Below are positions 39,375 to 47,918 of a stretch of 64,000 nt of DNA, piece by piece. How positions within the stretch are numbered: position 1 is the first letter of the stretch; each line of letters opens with the position of its first letter. The DNA lies in the NCBI GenBank assembly GCA_965263295.1, contig OZ253665.1, forward strand, positions 1,152,001 through 1,216,000, in the 5' to 3' direction. The notes under the pieces are model-generated. The model saw only the letters and a list, made by a program, of their open reading frames with translations, was not told the DNA's origin and did no database searches. Origin of the DNA: Spirochaetia bacterium. Its GTDB lineage: Bacteria > Spirochaetota > Spirochaetia > SP-2023. A program made the position numbers and the translations under genes.

Positions 39375-39403
39375 CACGGGGGAATCGACGTCGTTCCCCC
39401 GTG
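39375..39403 (-). promoter_or_regulatory. Hairpin in the rpsB 5' leader
   Basis: Perfect 10-bp stem CACGGGGGAA / TTCCCCCGTG, 75-100 nt upstream of rpsB. Confidence 0.5.
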
Positions 39404-39575
39404 GAAAATAATATTGTCTATCTTAACGATTTGCCCCAGCTTATGCAATGCGGGACTGGCCGATGAACCAGACACATCAATCGCGATAGCCCCTTTGTCC
39501 ATTCCGACGCCTCTTGTGCCCATTCCAAGGCCTCTTGCCCATTCTATGTAGAGCAACTAAACTGCCCGAAAAATT

Positions 39576-40772
39576 ATGAACAGCGACCCGCGCTACCAGC
39601 TGCACGCCCAGCAAATTATTCGCGACCCCAGCAAACTCCCCTGGCCCTTGACGCCACAAGAGCAAAGCTACTTTGCCGCGAGCGCGGCGGAGCTGCGCGG
39701 CCGCCTGCCGTTTGCCGTCAGTACTCACTATCTTTCTCTAGTAAATCCAGACGACCCAAAAGATCCGGTCCGGCGCCAGATTGTGCCGCGCGCGGCGGAG
39801 CTGCAGCGTCGAAGCTACGAGCTACAAGATCCTCTGGGTGAAGACCTCTATTCACACAACAGCGAGCACAGCCAATACAGCAACAAAGGCAGCACTGAGC
39901 AAGCCACACATTCACGGCGCCCAAGCTCAAAAGTCGGAGGGCCAAGCGGACAGCCCGCCGCCGAGTCGCGCATGGTGCACTGTTACTCCTCACGCCTATT
40001 GATCCTGCTCAACGATAATTGTGCGACCTACTGCCGCCACTGCTTCCGCCGTCGCTTCAGCGGCCAAGACTCTGGCAGCTTGCAATACGGCCATTTACGC
40101 AGTATTCGCGACTATTTACAACAGCATGACGAAATCCGCGAAATCCTACTGACCGGCGGCGATGCCCTGATGCTCAGCACCACCCACTTACATGGCATTT
40201 TGCGCGAGCTGCGCCAGGGGCGACCTGACATTGTATTTCGCATCGCCAGCCGTCTGCCCGTTGTCATGCCGCAACGCTTTGAGCCAGAACTGATCGCCCT
40301 GCTGCGCGGACAGCAACCTCTGTGGCTGATTACTCACTTTAACCACAGACAAGAAATCAACGAAGTTACGCGCTACTACTTGCACCAAATCATCGATGCC
40401 GGTATCCCGATACTCAATCAGGCGGTGCTGCTGCGCGGCATCAATGACCATGCCGATACCCTGTGCGACCTATTTGAAGAACTCGTGCGTTTGCGCGTCA
40501 AACCCTACTATCTGTTTCAAGGCGACCTGGCCGAAGGCACCTCGCACCTGCGCGTGCCCCTCGCCCGTTCCTGGGCCATCGTCAAGGAGCTGCGTCAAAG
40601 GCTTTCGGGCATTGCCATGCCACAATTTGCCGTCGATCTGCCGGGCGGCGGTGGCAAAATCCCCCTGAGTGAAAATTATTTGATCGGCGAAGAAGAAGAC
40701 TGCTGGTTGTTCCAGTCTCTACAAGGGCAAATATACCGCTACCCCAAGGAACCAGAAATCATGGCAGAGTGA
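39576..40772 (+). CDS. KamA-family radical SAM protein (lysine 2,3-aminomutase / EpmB-like)
   Basis: DPLGED, CATYCRHCFRR, LLTGGDAL, THFNH, NQAVLLRGIND, KPYYLFQGD, DLPGGGGKIP. Confidence 0.92.
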   Translation: MNSDPRYQLHAQQIIRDPSKLPWPLTPQEQSYFAASAAELRGRLPFAVSTHYLSLVNPDDPKDPVRRQIVPRAAELQRRSYELQDPLGEDLYSHNSEHSQYSNKGSTEQATHSRRPSSKVGGPSGQPAAESRMVHCYSSRLLILLNDNCATYCRHCFRRRFSGQDSGSLQYGHLRSIRDYLQQHDEIREILLTGGDALMLSTTHLHGILRELRQGRPDIVFRIASRLPVVMPQRFEPELIALLRGQQPLWLITHFNHRQEINEVTRYYLHQIIDAGIPILNQAVLLRGINDHADTLCDLFEELVRLRVKPYYLFQGDLAEGTSHLRVPLARSWAIVKELRQRLSGIAMPQFAVDLPGGGGKIPLSENYLIGEEEDCWLFQSLQGQIYRYPKEPEIMAE

Positions 40773-40823
40773 CGACAAGCCAGGAATCCCCCAAGCATAT
40801 TTCATATTTACAAGGGAACCCAC

Positions 40824-41612
40824 ATGGAATACTACAACAGCTTCCACAGCATCACGGAATTCATCCGCCAAGGCCAGGGGCGCCTGCTGGTTGACGCACA
40901 GCGCCGGCACAATGCCGAGCGAGACGCCGCCAAAGGCAAGAAAAAGGGCAAGAAAAGCCGTATTCTGCAATTGATTCAGCTGGCGGAACAGCACCAGTTG
41001 CCCGTCGAAGAACACAAGCCACAGGAATTGCAGGGCCTCCTGGAGCTCAGCCACTACCGCGGCTACATCCTGGCCATAGACCGCCAGGCTGACAGCGAAC
41101 GGCAAGCCAAAGCCGGCAACGTCGCAGAAGTCCTGCAACGCCGCCCAGATCTGGTGCTACTGCTCGACGGTGTATTGGATGTCGGCAACCTCGGAGCCAT
41201 TGTCCGCAGCGCCGACTTATTTGAAGTGGGCGCAGTTTTTGTGCCGCAGCGCCGCGCGGGCCGCCTGCCGCGAGATGCCCAAAACCAGCTCGGCCGGGCC
41301 TCTTGTGGGGCCAACGCCTGGGTCCCGCTGATTGAAGGCAATCTCGCTCAGGCCGCCCAACAGCTACAAAAGGCGGGATACTGGCTCTACGGCGCCGACA
41401 TGCGCGGAGAGCTTGCATCCCGGATGGAATTTCAGGCGCCATGCGCCCTGCTGCTGGGAGCGGAAGATCAAGGTATCAGTTCGCAATTGCGCCAGGCTTG
41501 TGACTTTCGAGTGCGCATCCCGACGGCGGGGCACATCGACTCCCTCAACGTCTCTGCCGCCGGAGCGGTTTTACTCTATGAAGTTCGACGCCAGTGGAGC
41601 CGCGGATATTAA
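40824..41612 (+). CDS. rlmB: TrmH/SpoU-family RNA methyltransferase (RlmB-like)
   Basis: LLDGVLDVGNLGAIVRSA, LLGAEDQG, RIPTAGHIDSLNVSAA, YEVRRQ. Confidence 0.82.
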   Translation: MEYYNSFHSITEFIRQGQGRLLVDAQRRHNAERDAAKGKKKGKKSRILQLIQLAEQHQLPVEEHKPQELQGLLELSHYRGYILAIDRQADSERQAKAGNVAEVLQRRPDLVLLLDGVLDVGNLGAIVRSADLFEVGAVFVPQRRAGRLPRDAQNQLGRASCGANAWVPLIEGNLAQAAQQLQKAGYWLYGADMRGELASRMEFQAPCALLLGAEDQGISSQLRQACDFRVRIPTAGHIDSLNVSAAGAVLLYEVRRQWSRGY

Positions 41613-41697
41613 GAATAAGGGAGTGGAGACCAACCGGCACGGTGGGGACCAGTCGCCCGGACAACGAAACTAAAACAGTTAGAATCCAGCACTGATT

Positions 41698-42246
41698 TCA
41701 AGACAGAATATCGCAATAAACTTGATAATTCTCTCTATCAAAGCAAACCAAATAAATTTCTTTAATAATTTCCTTAACTTGGGGGTCGCCTTGGCAGAAG
41801 CGCTTAATCGCCGCCAGGGCAATGGGCGCGGCCAGCCGTTTGGGAAAGTGGTAAATTCCGGTACTAATACATGGAAAAGCAATACTTTTACAGCCCTTTT
41901 CAAAGGCTAATTTCAGGCTGTTTTGATAAGCCAGATAGAGCGTTTCCTTGAGTTCATTGCCTCGTTCTGTCGCCGGCGCATCCAGTGGCCAGACCGGGCC
42001 GACGGCATGGATCACAAAACGAGCATTGAGGCGAAAGGCCGGAGTCAAGACCGCGTTGCCCGGCAAGCATTCGCCCTGTTCCCGGTAAATGCCTCGGCAA
42101 GCTCGTAACAGTTCGGGGCCGGCAGCCTTGTGCACGGCGGCATCCACTCCACCCCCGCCAGCCAGGCGCGAATTAGCTGCCGTGACCACGGCAGCCGTCT
42201 CTTGACGCGTAATATCTCCGTGTATCAATCTGAGTATCGGGGGCAT
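41698..42246 (-). CDS. Macro domain protein (O-acetyl-ADP-ribose deacetylase, YmdB-like)
   Basis: GDIT, AANSRLAGGGGVDAAVHKAAG, VIHAVGP, IAFPCISTGIY. Confidence 0.93.
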   Translation of the reverse strand: MPPILRLIHGDITRQETAAVVTAANSRLAGGGGVDAAVHKAAGPELLRACRGIYREQGECLPGNAVLTPAFRLNARFVIHAVGPVWPLDAPATERGNELKETLYLAYQNSLKLAFEKGCKSIAFPCISTGIYHFPKRLAAPIALAAIKRFCQGDPQVKEIIKEIYLVCFDRENYQVYCDILS

Positions 42247-42316
42247 AAAAAATCCTATAACATCGTCAGTATAAGCAATTGCCGATCAATTGCAAAACGG
42301 GCCTCAAAGCTGCTGT

Positions 42317-44311
42317 TTAACTATACAAGTCGCCACCTTGGAGTTTTTCGATCTCATCGCGCAGCAGGGCAGCTTCTTCAAATTCCAGATTCTTGGCCTT
42401 CTCCAGCATCTCGCGCTCCAGGCTTTTAATCAGTTTATTACGCTGCTGGGCGTCCAGCAAATTCGTTTTGCCGCGCACGAGCTGCGTATTCTCGCGCACG
42501 CTTTCGGCTTTCTCTTCCAGGCGACGCTCCAAAATGGCCTGAACGCTCTTCTGGATGGTCTTGGGCGTGATGCCGTGCCGCTGATTGTAATCCATTTGCA
42601 GCTGACGGCGACGCCGAGTCTCGCGGATACAAATATCCATGGCTTCAGAATGGCGATCGGCATACATAATGACGGCGCCGGCGGCATTGCGTGCCGCGCG
42701 GCCAACAATTTGGATCAGACTAGTGGCGGAGCGCAAAAAACCAATCTTGTCTGCATCCAGAATCGCAACCAAAGAAACTTCGGGCATATCCAACCCTTCG
42801 CGCAGCAGGTTCACACCAATTAGGACATCAAAAATACCGCTACGCAGTTTGTGGATGATCTCCACGCGCTCAATCGCATTCAGCTCAGAATGCAGCCACT
42901 GGCAGTTAAGCCCCATATTTTTCAAGTAATCCGAGAGATGTTCGGCCATCTTTTTCGTCAGTGTCGTCACCAAGGTGCGCTCGTGGCGGGCGATGCGTCT
43001 TTGGATTTCCCCATACAAATCCTCAATCTGGCCTTGCGTGGGGCGCACCGAGATTTGCGGCTCCAAAAGTCCCGTGGGGCGAATGATCTGCTCGGCCAGC
43101 ACCGCCGAACTCTTGCGCTCTTCCTCGCCGGGTGTGGCGCTAATAAAAATTGTCTGACGACAGCGCTGCCAAAACTCGTCATACTGGAGCGGGCGATTGT
43201 CCAGCGCCGAAGGCAAGCGAAAGCCGTAGTCCACCAGATTTTGTTTGCGCGCCCGATCGCCATTGTACATGGCTCGTACCTGCCCCAGCGTCACGTGGGA
43301 CTCATCCACCACCAATAAAAAGTCGTCGGGAAAGTAGTCGAGCAGGACATCCGGAGCTTCGCCTTCCTCACGCCCCGTCAAGTGCCGAGAATAGTTTTCA
43401 ATGCCTTTGCAAACCCCCATTTCCCCCAGCATTTCCAAATCGTAAATCGTGCGGGTCTGCAAACGCTGGGCCTCCAACGTCTTGCCTTGCTCCCTGAGTT
43501 CGGCCAAGCGCAATTCCAGCTCTTCTTGGGCCAGCTTAATGGCCACCTTCAAACGTTCTGGGGGAACGGCAAAGTGAGTGGCGGGGTAAATAGTCAGTTC
43601 TTCCAAGCTCTCCTGAGCACTGTGGTCAAGCGGGTCCATGCGCCGAATCGAAACCAACTCATCCCATTCAAGCTCCAAACGATAATACTCCTCCATGTAA
43701 GCTGGAAAGATATCGAGGACATCGCCGCGCTGGCGGAATTGCCCGCGCTCGAGCAAGTCGCGTTGGCGCTCGTACTGCATATACACCAGGCCGTGCAAGA
43801 GAGCTTCCAGGTCCAACTGCTGCCCCAGCTGCAGCCGGATACGCATTTCTTTGAAGTCGTTGGGATTGCCCAAGCCATATATGCAGGATACCGAAGCGAC
43901 AATGATCACGTCACGGCGCTCCATCAGCGCCATAGTCGCCGCCAACCGCATGCGTTCAATCTCTTGATTGATATCGATTTCTTTTTCAATGTACAAATCG
44001 CGGGCGGGAACGTAAGCCTCCGGCTGGAAATAATCGTAGTACGAAATAAAATACTCCACGGCATTGTCGGGGAAAAACTCTTTAAACTCGCGGTATAGCT
44101 GGGCAGCTAAAGTTTTATTGTGCGAGAGAATCAGGCTCGGTCGCTGCAGGCGTTCGATGGTTTTGGCAACAGCGTAAGTCTTGCCCGAACCCGTGACACC
44201 CAATAGAGTTTGAAAGGCATGCCCCGCCTCCACGCTGCGCACCAGGGTCTCAATAGCTGCGGGCTGGCCACCCGCCGGCTCATAAGGCGCCACAACTCTA
44301 AATCTTTTCAT
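42317..44311 (-). CDS. uvrB: Excinuclease ABC subunit B
   Basis: LGVTGSGKT, HNKTLAAQLY, YYDYFQPEAYVP, DESH, GFRLPSALDNRPL, NLLREGLD, C-terminal UVR domain. Confidence 0.99.
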   Translation of the reverse strand: MKRFRVVAPYEPAGGQPAAIETLVRSVEAGHAFQTLLGVTGSGKTYAVAKTIERLQRPSLILSHNKTLAAQLYREFKEFFPDNAVEYFISYYDYFQPEAYVPARDLYIEKEIDINQEIERMRLAATMALMERRDVIIVASVSCIYGLGNPNDFKEMRIRLQLGQQLDLEALLHGLVYMQYERQRDLLERGQFRQRGDVLDIFPAYMEEYYRLELEWDELVSIRRMDPLDHSAQESLEELTIYPATHFAVPPERLKVAIKLAQEELELRLAELREQGKTLEAQRLQTRTIYDLEMLGEMGVCKGIENYSRHLTGREEGEAPDVLLDYFPDDFLLVVDESHVTLGQVRAMYNGDRARKQNLVDYGFRLPSALDNRPLQYDEFWQRCRQTIFISATPGEEERKSSAVLAEQIIRPTGLLEPQISVRPTQGQIEDLYGEIQRRIARHERTLVTTLTKKMAEHLSDYLKNMGLNCQWLHSELNAIERVEIIHKLRSGIFDVLIGVNLLREGLDMPEVSLVAILDADKIGFLRSATSLIQIVGRAARNAAGAVIMYADRHSEAMDICIRETRRRRQLQMDYNQRHGITPKTIQKSVQAILERRLEEKAESVRENTQLVRGKTNLLDAQQRNKLIKSLEREMLEKAKNLEFEEAALLRDEIEKLQGGDLYS

Positions 44312-44363
44312 CGCTTACCTCAGATTTCCAATACTCTGATACGCCAACTCACACCCGGCCGAG

Positions 44364-45764
44364 CTATTGCGGAATATCTGGGGAAACAAATGGATAATTA
44401 TCCAGCGCCCCTTTTTTTGCCTCAGGATTCTTTTGGGGCTCCGCCGCTTCCGCAGTGACACTTTGGGCGAGACGAAACCCCACTGCTGCGTAATAATCCG
44501 CCTGAGCAATACAAGGGCTGCGTTGTTGTATTTCGCTGAATTTACGGCTGGAGTTCCAGCCACCTCCCCGACAGACCCGCAACTCTTGAAATTCTTCCTC
44601 CGACTCAGCGCTTTCTACAGCGCCGGATTCTAGATATTGGCCGGATTCAGTATCACGGCCGGGGCCAATATCTTGATGGTGCCAGTGCGGATACTGTATT
44701 CGCCCTGCGTAAACGCTGGGGCCGCGCCAGATCAGACCGCGTTGCAACTGCCGCTGCGCCGCAGTGCCAGGCTCTGAAGTCATCGGGCCCCGTGGCGAAG
44801 TCAAACGCGGCGAAGTCAAACGCGGCGAAGTCAAACGCGGCAAAGTCAAACTTGGTGAGGCCAAGCTGCGCTGCCCTAGGTCATCAGGCCCCCGTATCGG
44901 CGCCACGCCATTCCCGCCTGGCTCTAGACGGCTCCCTTCTGCCAGGCGGCTGAGGTTCAACTGGATAAAGCGGTCCCACACCCAGTCCCAGGCATTGCCA
45001 CTCATATCGTAAAGCCCAATTTCGTTGGGTTCCTTCTGCCCGACCGGACGCAGCTCGCGCGTGTTGCCATTGTACCAGGCCACATTGTCGACAGTATTAG
45101 AACCGCTATAAGTAAAACGGCGCGAGCTTTTGCCACCGCGTGCCGCATACTCCCACTCGGCTTCAGTCGGCAAGCGGTAACCGTTGCTGCCTGGTAGCCA
45201 CTCAACTTCATATCGCGTCTGGCCATTATCGTAGTTCAGCTCGCGGATACTATAGGCATTTTGCAGTCCTGCCAAGCGACTCAAGCGATTGGCAAAACGT
45301 AGCGCATCAAACCAAGACACCGCGACCATCGGCTTGTAACGCTCCCTCTCTTCGGGGCGCGGCAAACCCATGACACTGTGGTAAAACTGCTGTGTCACTT
45401 GAAAAAGCGCAATACGATATGGCCCAATATACAGCCAATATTGATCTTGAAACAAATAGTTTGCGGCGGGCAGCTCAAGCATTTCCACGCTCCAGTCGAG
45501 CGGATCAAAACCCCAATAGACGCCGCGTTGTCGTGGCGCCTTGGCGCCGCTGATATGATTCGGAACGAGAGGAGTCGGCAGTTTGGGCATGAGGGGTGCA
45601 GGGACTGTCTGCTGCGCAGTTAACGCACAGCGGACCGGGCCAGCCCAGGTCGTCCCCCAAAAGACTAAAAATAAACCTAGCTTCAGGCACCTGTACAAAA
45701 AACGCCAGCCTAAAACAGGGCCAGAATATTGCTCCCTAAAATTATGACCGCGTGCCATGCGCAT
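44364..45764 (-). CDS. FGE-sulfatase (SUMF1/EgtB/PvdO, CLec-fold) domain protein
   Basis: VSWFDA, GYRLPTEAEWEYAARGG, PNEIGLYDMSGNAWDWVWD, RVCRGGGW, VGFRLA; hydrophobic N-terminus. Confidence 0.9.
   Translation of the reverse strand: MRMARGHNFREQYSGPVLGWRFLYRCLKLGLFLVFWGTTWAGPVRCALTAQQTVPAPLMPKLPTPLVPNHISGAKAPRQRGVYWGFDPLDWSVEMLELPAANYLFQDQYWLYIGPYRIALFQVTQQFYHSVMGLPRPEERERYKPMVAVSWFDALRFANRLSRLAGLQNAYSIRELNYDNGQTRYEVEWLPGSNGYRLPTEAEWEYAARGGKSSRRFTYSGSNTVDNVAWYNGNTRELRPVGQKEPNEIGLYDMSGNAWDWVWDRFIQLNLSRLAEGSRLEPGGNGVAPIRGPDDLGQRSLASPSLTLPRLTSPRLTSPRLTSPRGPMTSEPGTAAQRQLQRGLIWRGPSVYAGRIQYPHWHHQDIGPGRDTESGQYLESGAVESAESEEEFQELRVCRGGGWNSSRKFSEIQQRSPCIAQADYYAAVGFRLAQSVTAEAAEPQKNPEAKKGALDNYPFVSPDIPQ
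44791..44865. repeat. In-frame 15-bp tandem repeat (CGCGGCGAAGTCAAA x4 plus 1 degenerate copy), encoding LTSPR
   Basis: Units start at 44791, 44806, 44821, 44836 and 44851. Confidence 0.92.
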
Positions 45765-45841
45765 GACCTTATTTTGCCCGACCAGAAGCCCTCAAGCAAT
45801 CACCAAACATTCAAAGCATCGCCCAATATTCTAGTTACAAA

Positions 45842-46525
45842 TTATTCGGCAAGCTCGCCAGAAGATGCTGCCTTTTTCTCATTTGTCTCCGCCTCATTTG
45901 TCTCTATTTGCAAATCTGGACTTAAATCTGTAGTTGCCGCCGGCGAGAGTGATTCAATACTCCATTTTTTTTCTGCGTCAAAGGTCCTTGGATAGTTGAC
46001 AACCCAGCGCTGTATGAACTCTGGAGAATTGCTGTTACTCGCATAAATATTATCGTAGCTGGCAACTAAATAATTGCGGCCCTTGGCGGGTTTTTCCAAT
46101 TTGGGTTCCCTCAGCGTAATTGTACCCAGTTCTGTGCGCCATTCTTCAGAACGAGCACTTGAGTCCAACAGTTCTTCCCAAGACTCAAAGCGGCCCAACT
46201 GTAGCTTCAGCTGGTGCTCCCCAAGAGACAAGAGCACGACATCAATTCCGAACACCAGCGGTTTATCCAGGACCTGGCCGTCGAGCTCGGTGACGGCCAG
46301 AAAGTCTGATTTGCCCATAAAGCCTGGCTGCACCGTCACGAGTTCCCACTTGACCGTATCGGCCGCCCCCTGGGACAAGTCTTTTGTCACTCCAGACGAC
46401 GCACAAGCGACCAGAAACTGGGCGACTAACAAGAAAAAACCACAAGACTTAAAGACCCATTTTCCATATTTCTCAGATTTCTTCAATTCCTGAATGCTTT
46501 CGCGCCCTTTTTCAATTTTCACCAT
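45842..46525 (-). CDS. Hypothetical lipoprotein
   Basis: Basic N-terminus, hydrophobic stretch and lipobox FLVAC; AAAGGTAGA precedes the ATG. Confidence 0.7.
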   Translation of the reverse strand: MVKIEKGRESIQELKKSEKYGKWVFKSCGFFLLVAQFLVACASSGVTKDLSQGAADTVKWELVTVQPGFMGKSDFLAVTELDGQVLDKPLVFGIDVVLLSLGEHQLKLQLGRFESWEELLDSSARSEEWRTELGTITLREPKLEKPAKGRNYLVASYDNIYASNSNSPEFIQRWVVNYPRTFDAEKKWSIESLSPAATTDLSPDLQIETNEAETNEKKAASSGELAE

Positions 46526-46786
46526 TCTACCTTTATTCCATCTTTATTCAGCCAGCCACAGCTAATATTCAATTCCATATCATTCATGATTCTACCTTTG
46601 GATTTTCCATTTTTTGAATTTCCTATTTTGAATTCTCTATTTTAAGAATCTCCATCCTAAATCTCTGATTGGCTTCCCGCTCAATTTCACATAAATTTCA
46701 ACTGAAATTTTCAAAGCTACGCGCGAGCCTCGGTATTGCGGCCATTCTACCTTTCAAGTCCAGTTCAAAGCCAAAGCATGGAATAA

Positions 46787-47701
46787 TTACGGTCGATTGT
46801 CAAGTTTCACATCACTTACGTCCAAGGCCAGTATTTCACCGTCAGGACTCACTTCCATGAGCCAAAGGCTCCGCGAGTTGAGCTCCCAGAAATAATGCTG
46901 GCCTACAGCTAACTCTGGCGTGCAAGAAATACGGCAATCCAAAGCGGCTTCAATCACATTCAAGGCTTGCCAACGACCTGGAGGCATACCCAGATCACCG
47001 AGAATCGGCACCATTGTCCGCATGCGAATGTCGTACCAGTCAATGGCCAGACGGCCCAGTTCGGCGACCAAAAACTCCAGATCATAGTTCCAGGGATTCA
47101 GCAAAAAGTCTCCGGCGCGCCACTGCATGCGCTTTTTTATATAGTAGTCCAGCTTGGCAACATTTAAATAGCGCACGTCAAAGCCTCGGCGCAGCAAATC
47201 ACTCAGAACTTGAGCCCGAAAACCGTCTAGCCAAGTGGCCGGTATGGAATAACGGCAAATATCCTGATTTTCATCGTCGCTGCGCTCCTGCCACATCAAC
47301 ACCGTGCCCGCGGGGCGCCAAAGCTTTTTGCCAAAATGAACTGGCACTTCCTCAAATTGCGGGAAGGCCCGCAAGACCAAGGATTCCTGTTTTTTCAATT
47401 CTACTCGCAGCACAGCACCACTAGCCGACTCATTCCTGAACTGTGGCGGTCCCGAACCCGGCCCAGAAGCACTGGCGACGAACTGCAAGTCCCAATACCA
47501 GCCGCGCAAATTCAGGCCGCTTTGCTCGGACCAGCCCGCCGGCAATTGCGGCGCATAAATATCATAGCTCCGCGGCCGCTGCAGATCCTCTTGCAATGCG
47601 TTACAAGAAGTTAAAATATACAGGTCCATTATCAGGCCCAGTGACAAACAGAATGCCAGCCCCAATTGCCGGCAGTAGCTGCCCTTTCCATCTTCTCCCA
47701 C
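46787..47701 (-). CDS. Hypothetical (lipo)protein
   Basis: 304-aa ORF with a hydrophobic N-terminus ending in ILTSC; start uncertain. Confidence 0.62.
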   Translation of the reverse strand: MGEDGKGSYCRQLGLAFCLSLGLIMDLYILTSCNALQEDLQRPRSYDIYAPQLPAGWSEQSGLNLRGWYWDLQFVASASGPGSGPPQFRNESASGAVLRVELKKQESLVLRAFPQFEEVPVHFGKKLWRPAGTVLMWQERSDDENQDICRYSIPATWLDGFRAQVLSDLLRRGFDVRYLNVAKLDYYIKKRMQWRAGDFLLNPWNYDLEFLVAELGRLAIDWYDIRMRTMVPILGDLGMPPGRWQALNVIEAALDCRISCTPELAVGQHYFWELNSRSLWLMEVSPDGEILALDVSDVKLDNRP

Positions 47702-47918
47702 AAGCCGCCCCCCTAAAGTCTTTAGATAGAAGACCTTTGATAATTTTCACAAGCAAATCTCCAGAATAAGTTTCCAAAACAATTTTTCAAATGTTCCCAA
47801 CATTTCCCCCGCCGAGAACCTGAGCTTTTTCGTAAAGGCCATACAAAGCAAAAGGAAAGTTTTCAATTTTATTCAAACGCCTGCCGTAAAGTGGAGTCTG
47901 GCAGCAAGGATGAAGACC

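Noticed and set aside
44364..44600. Diversity-generating retroelement targeting the FGE-domain protein
   Set aside because: No reverse transcriptase, no avd-like gene and no second copy of the C-terminal region seen in the window.
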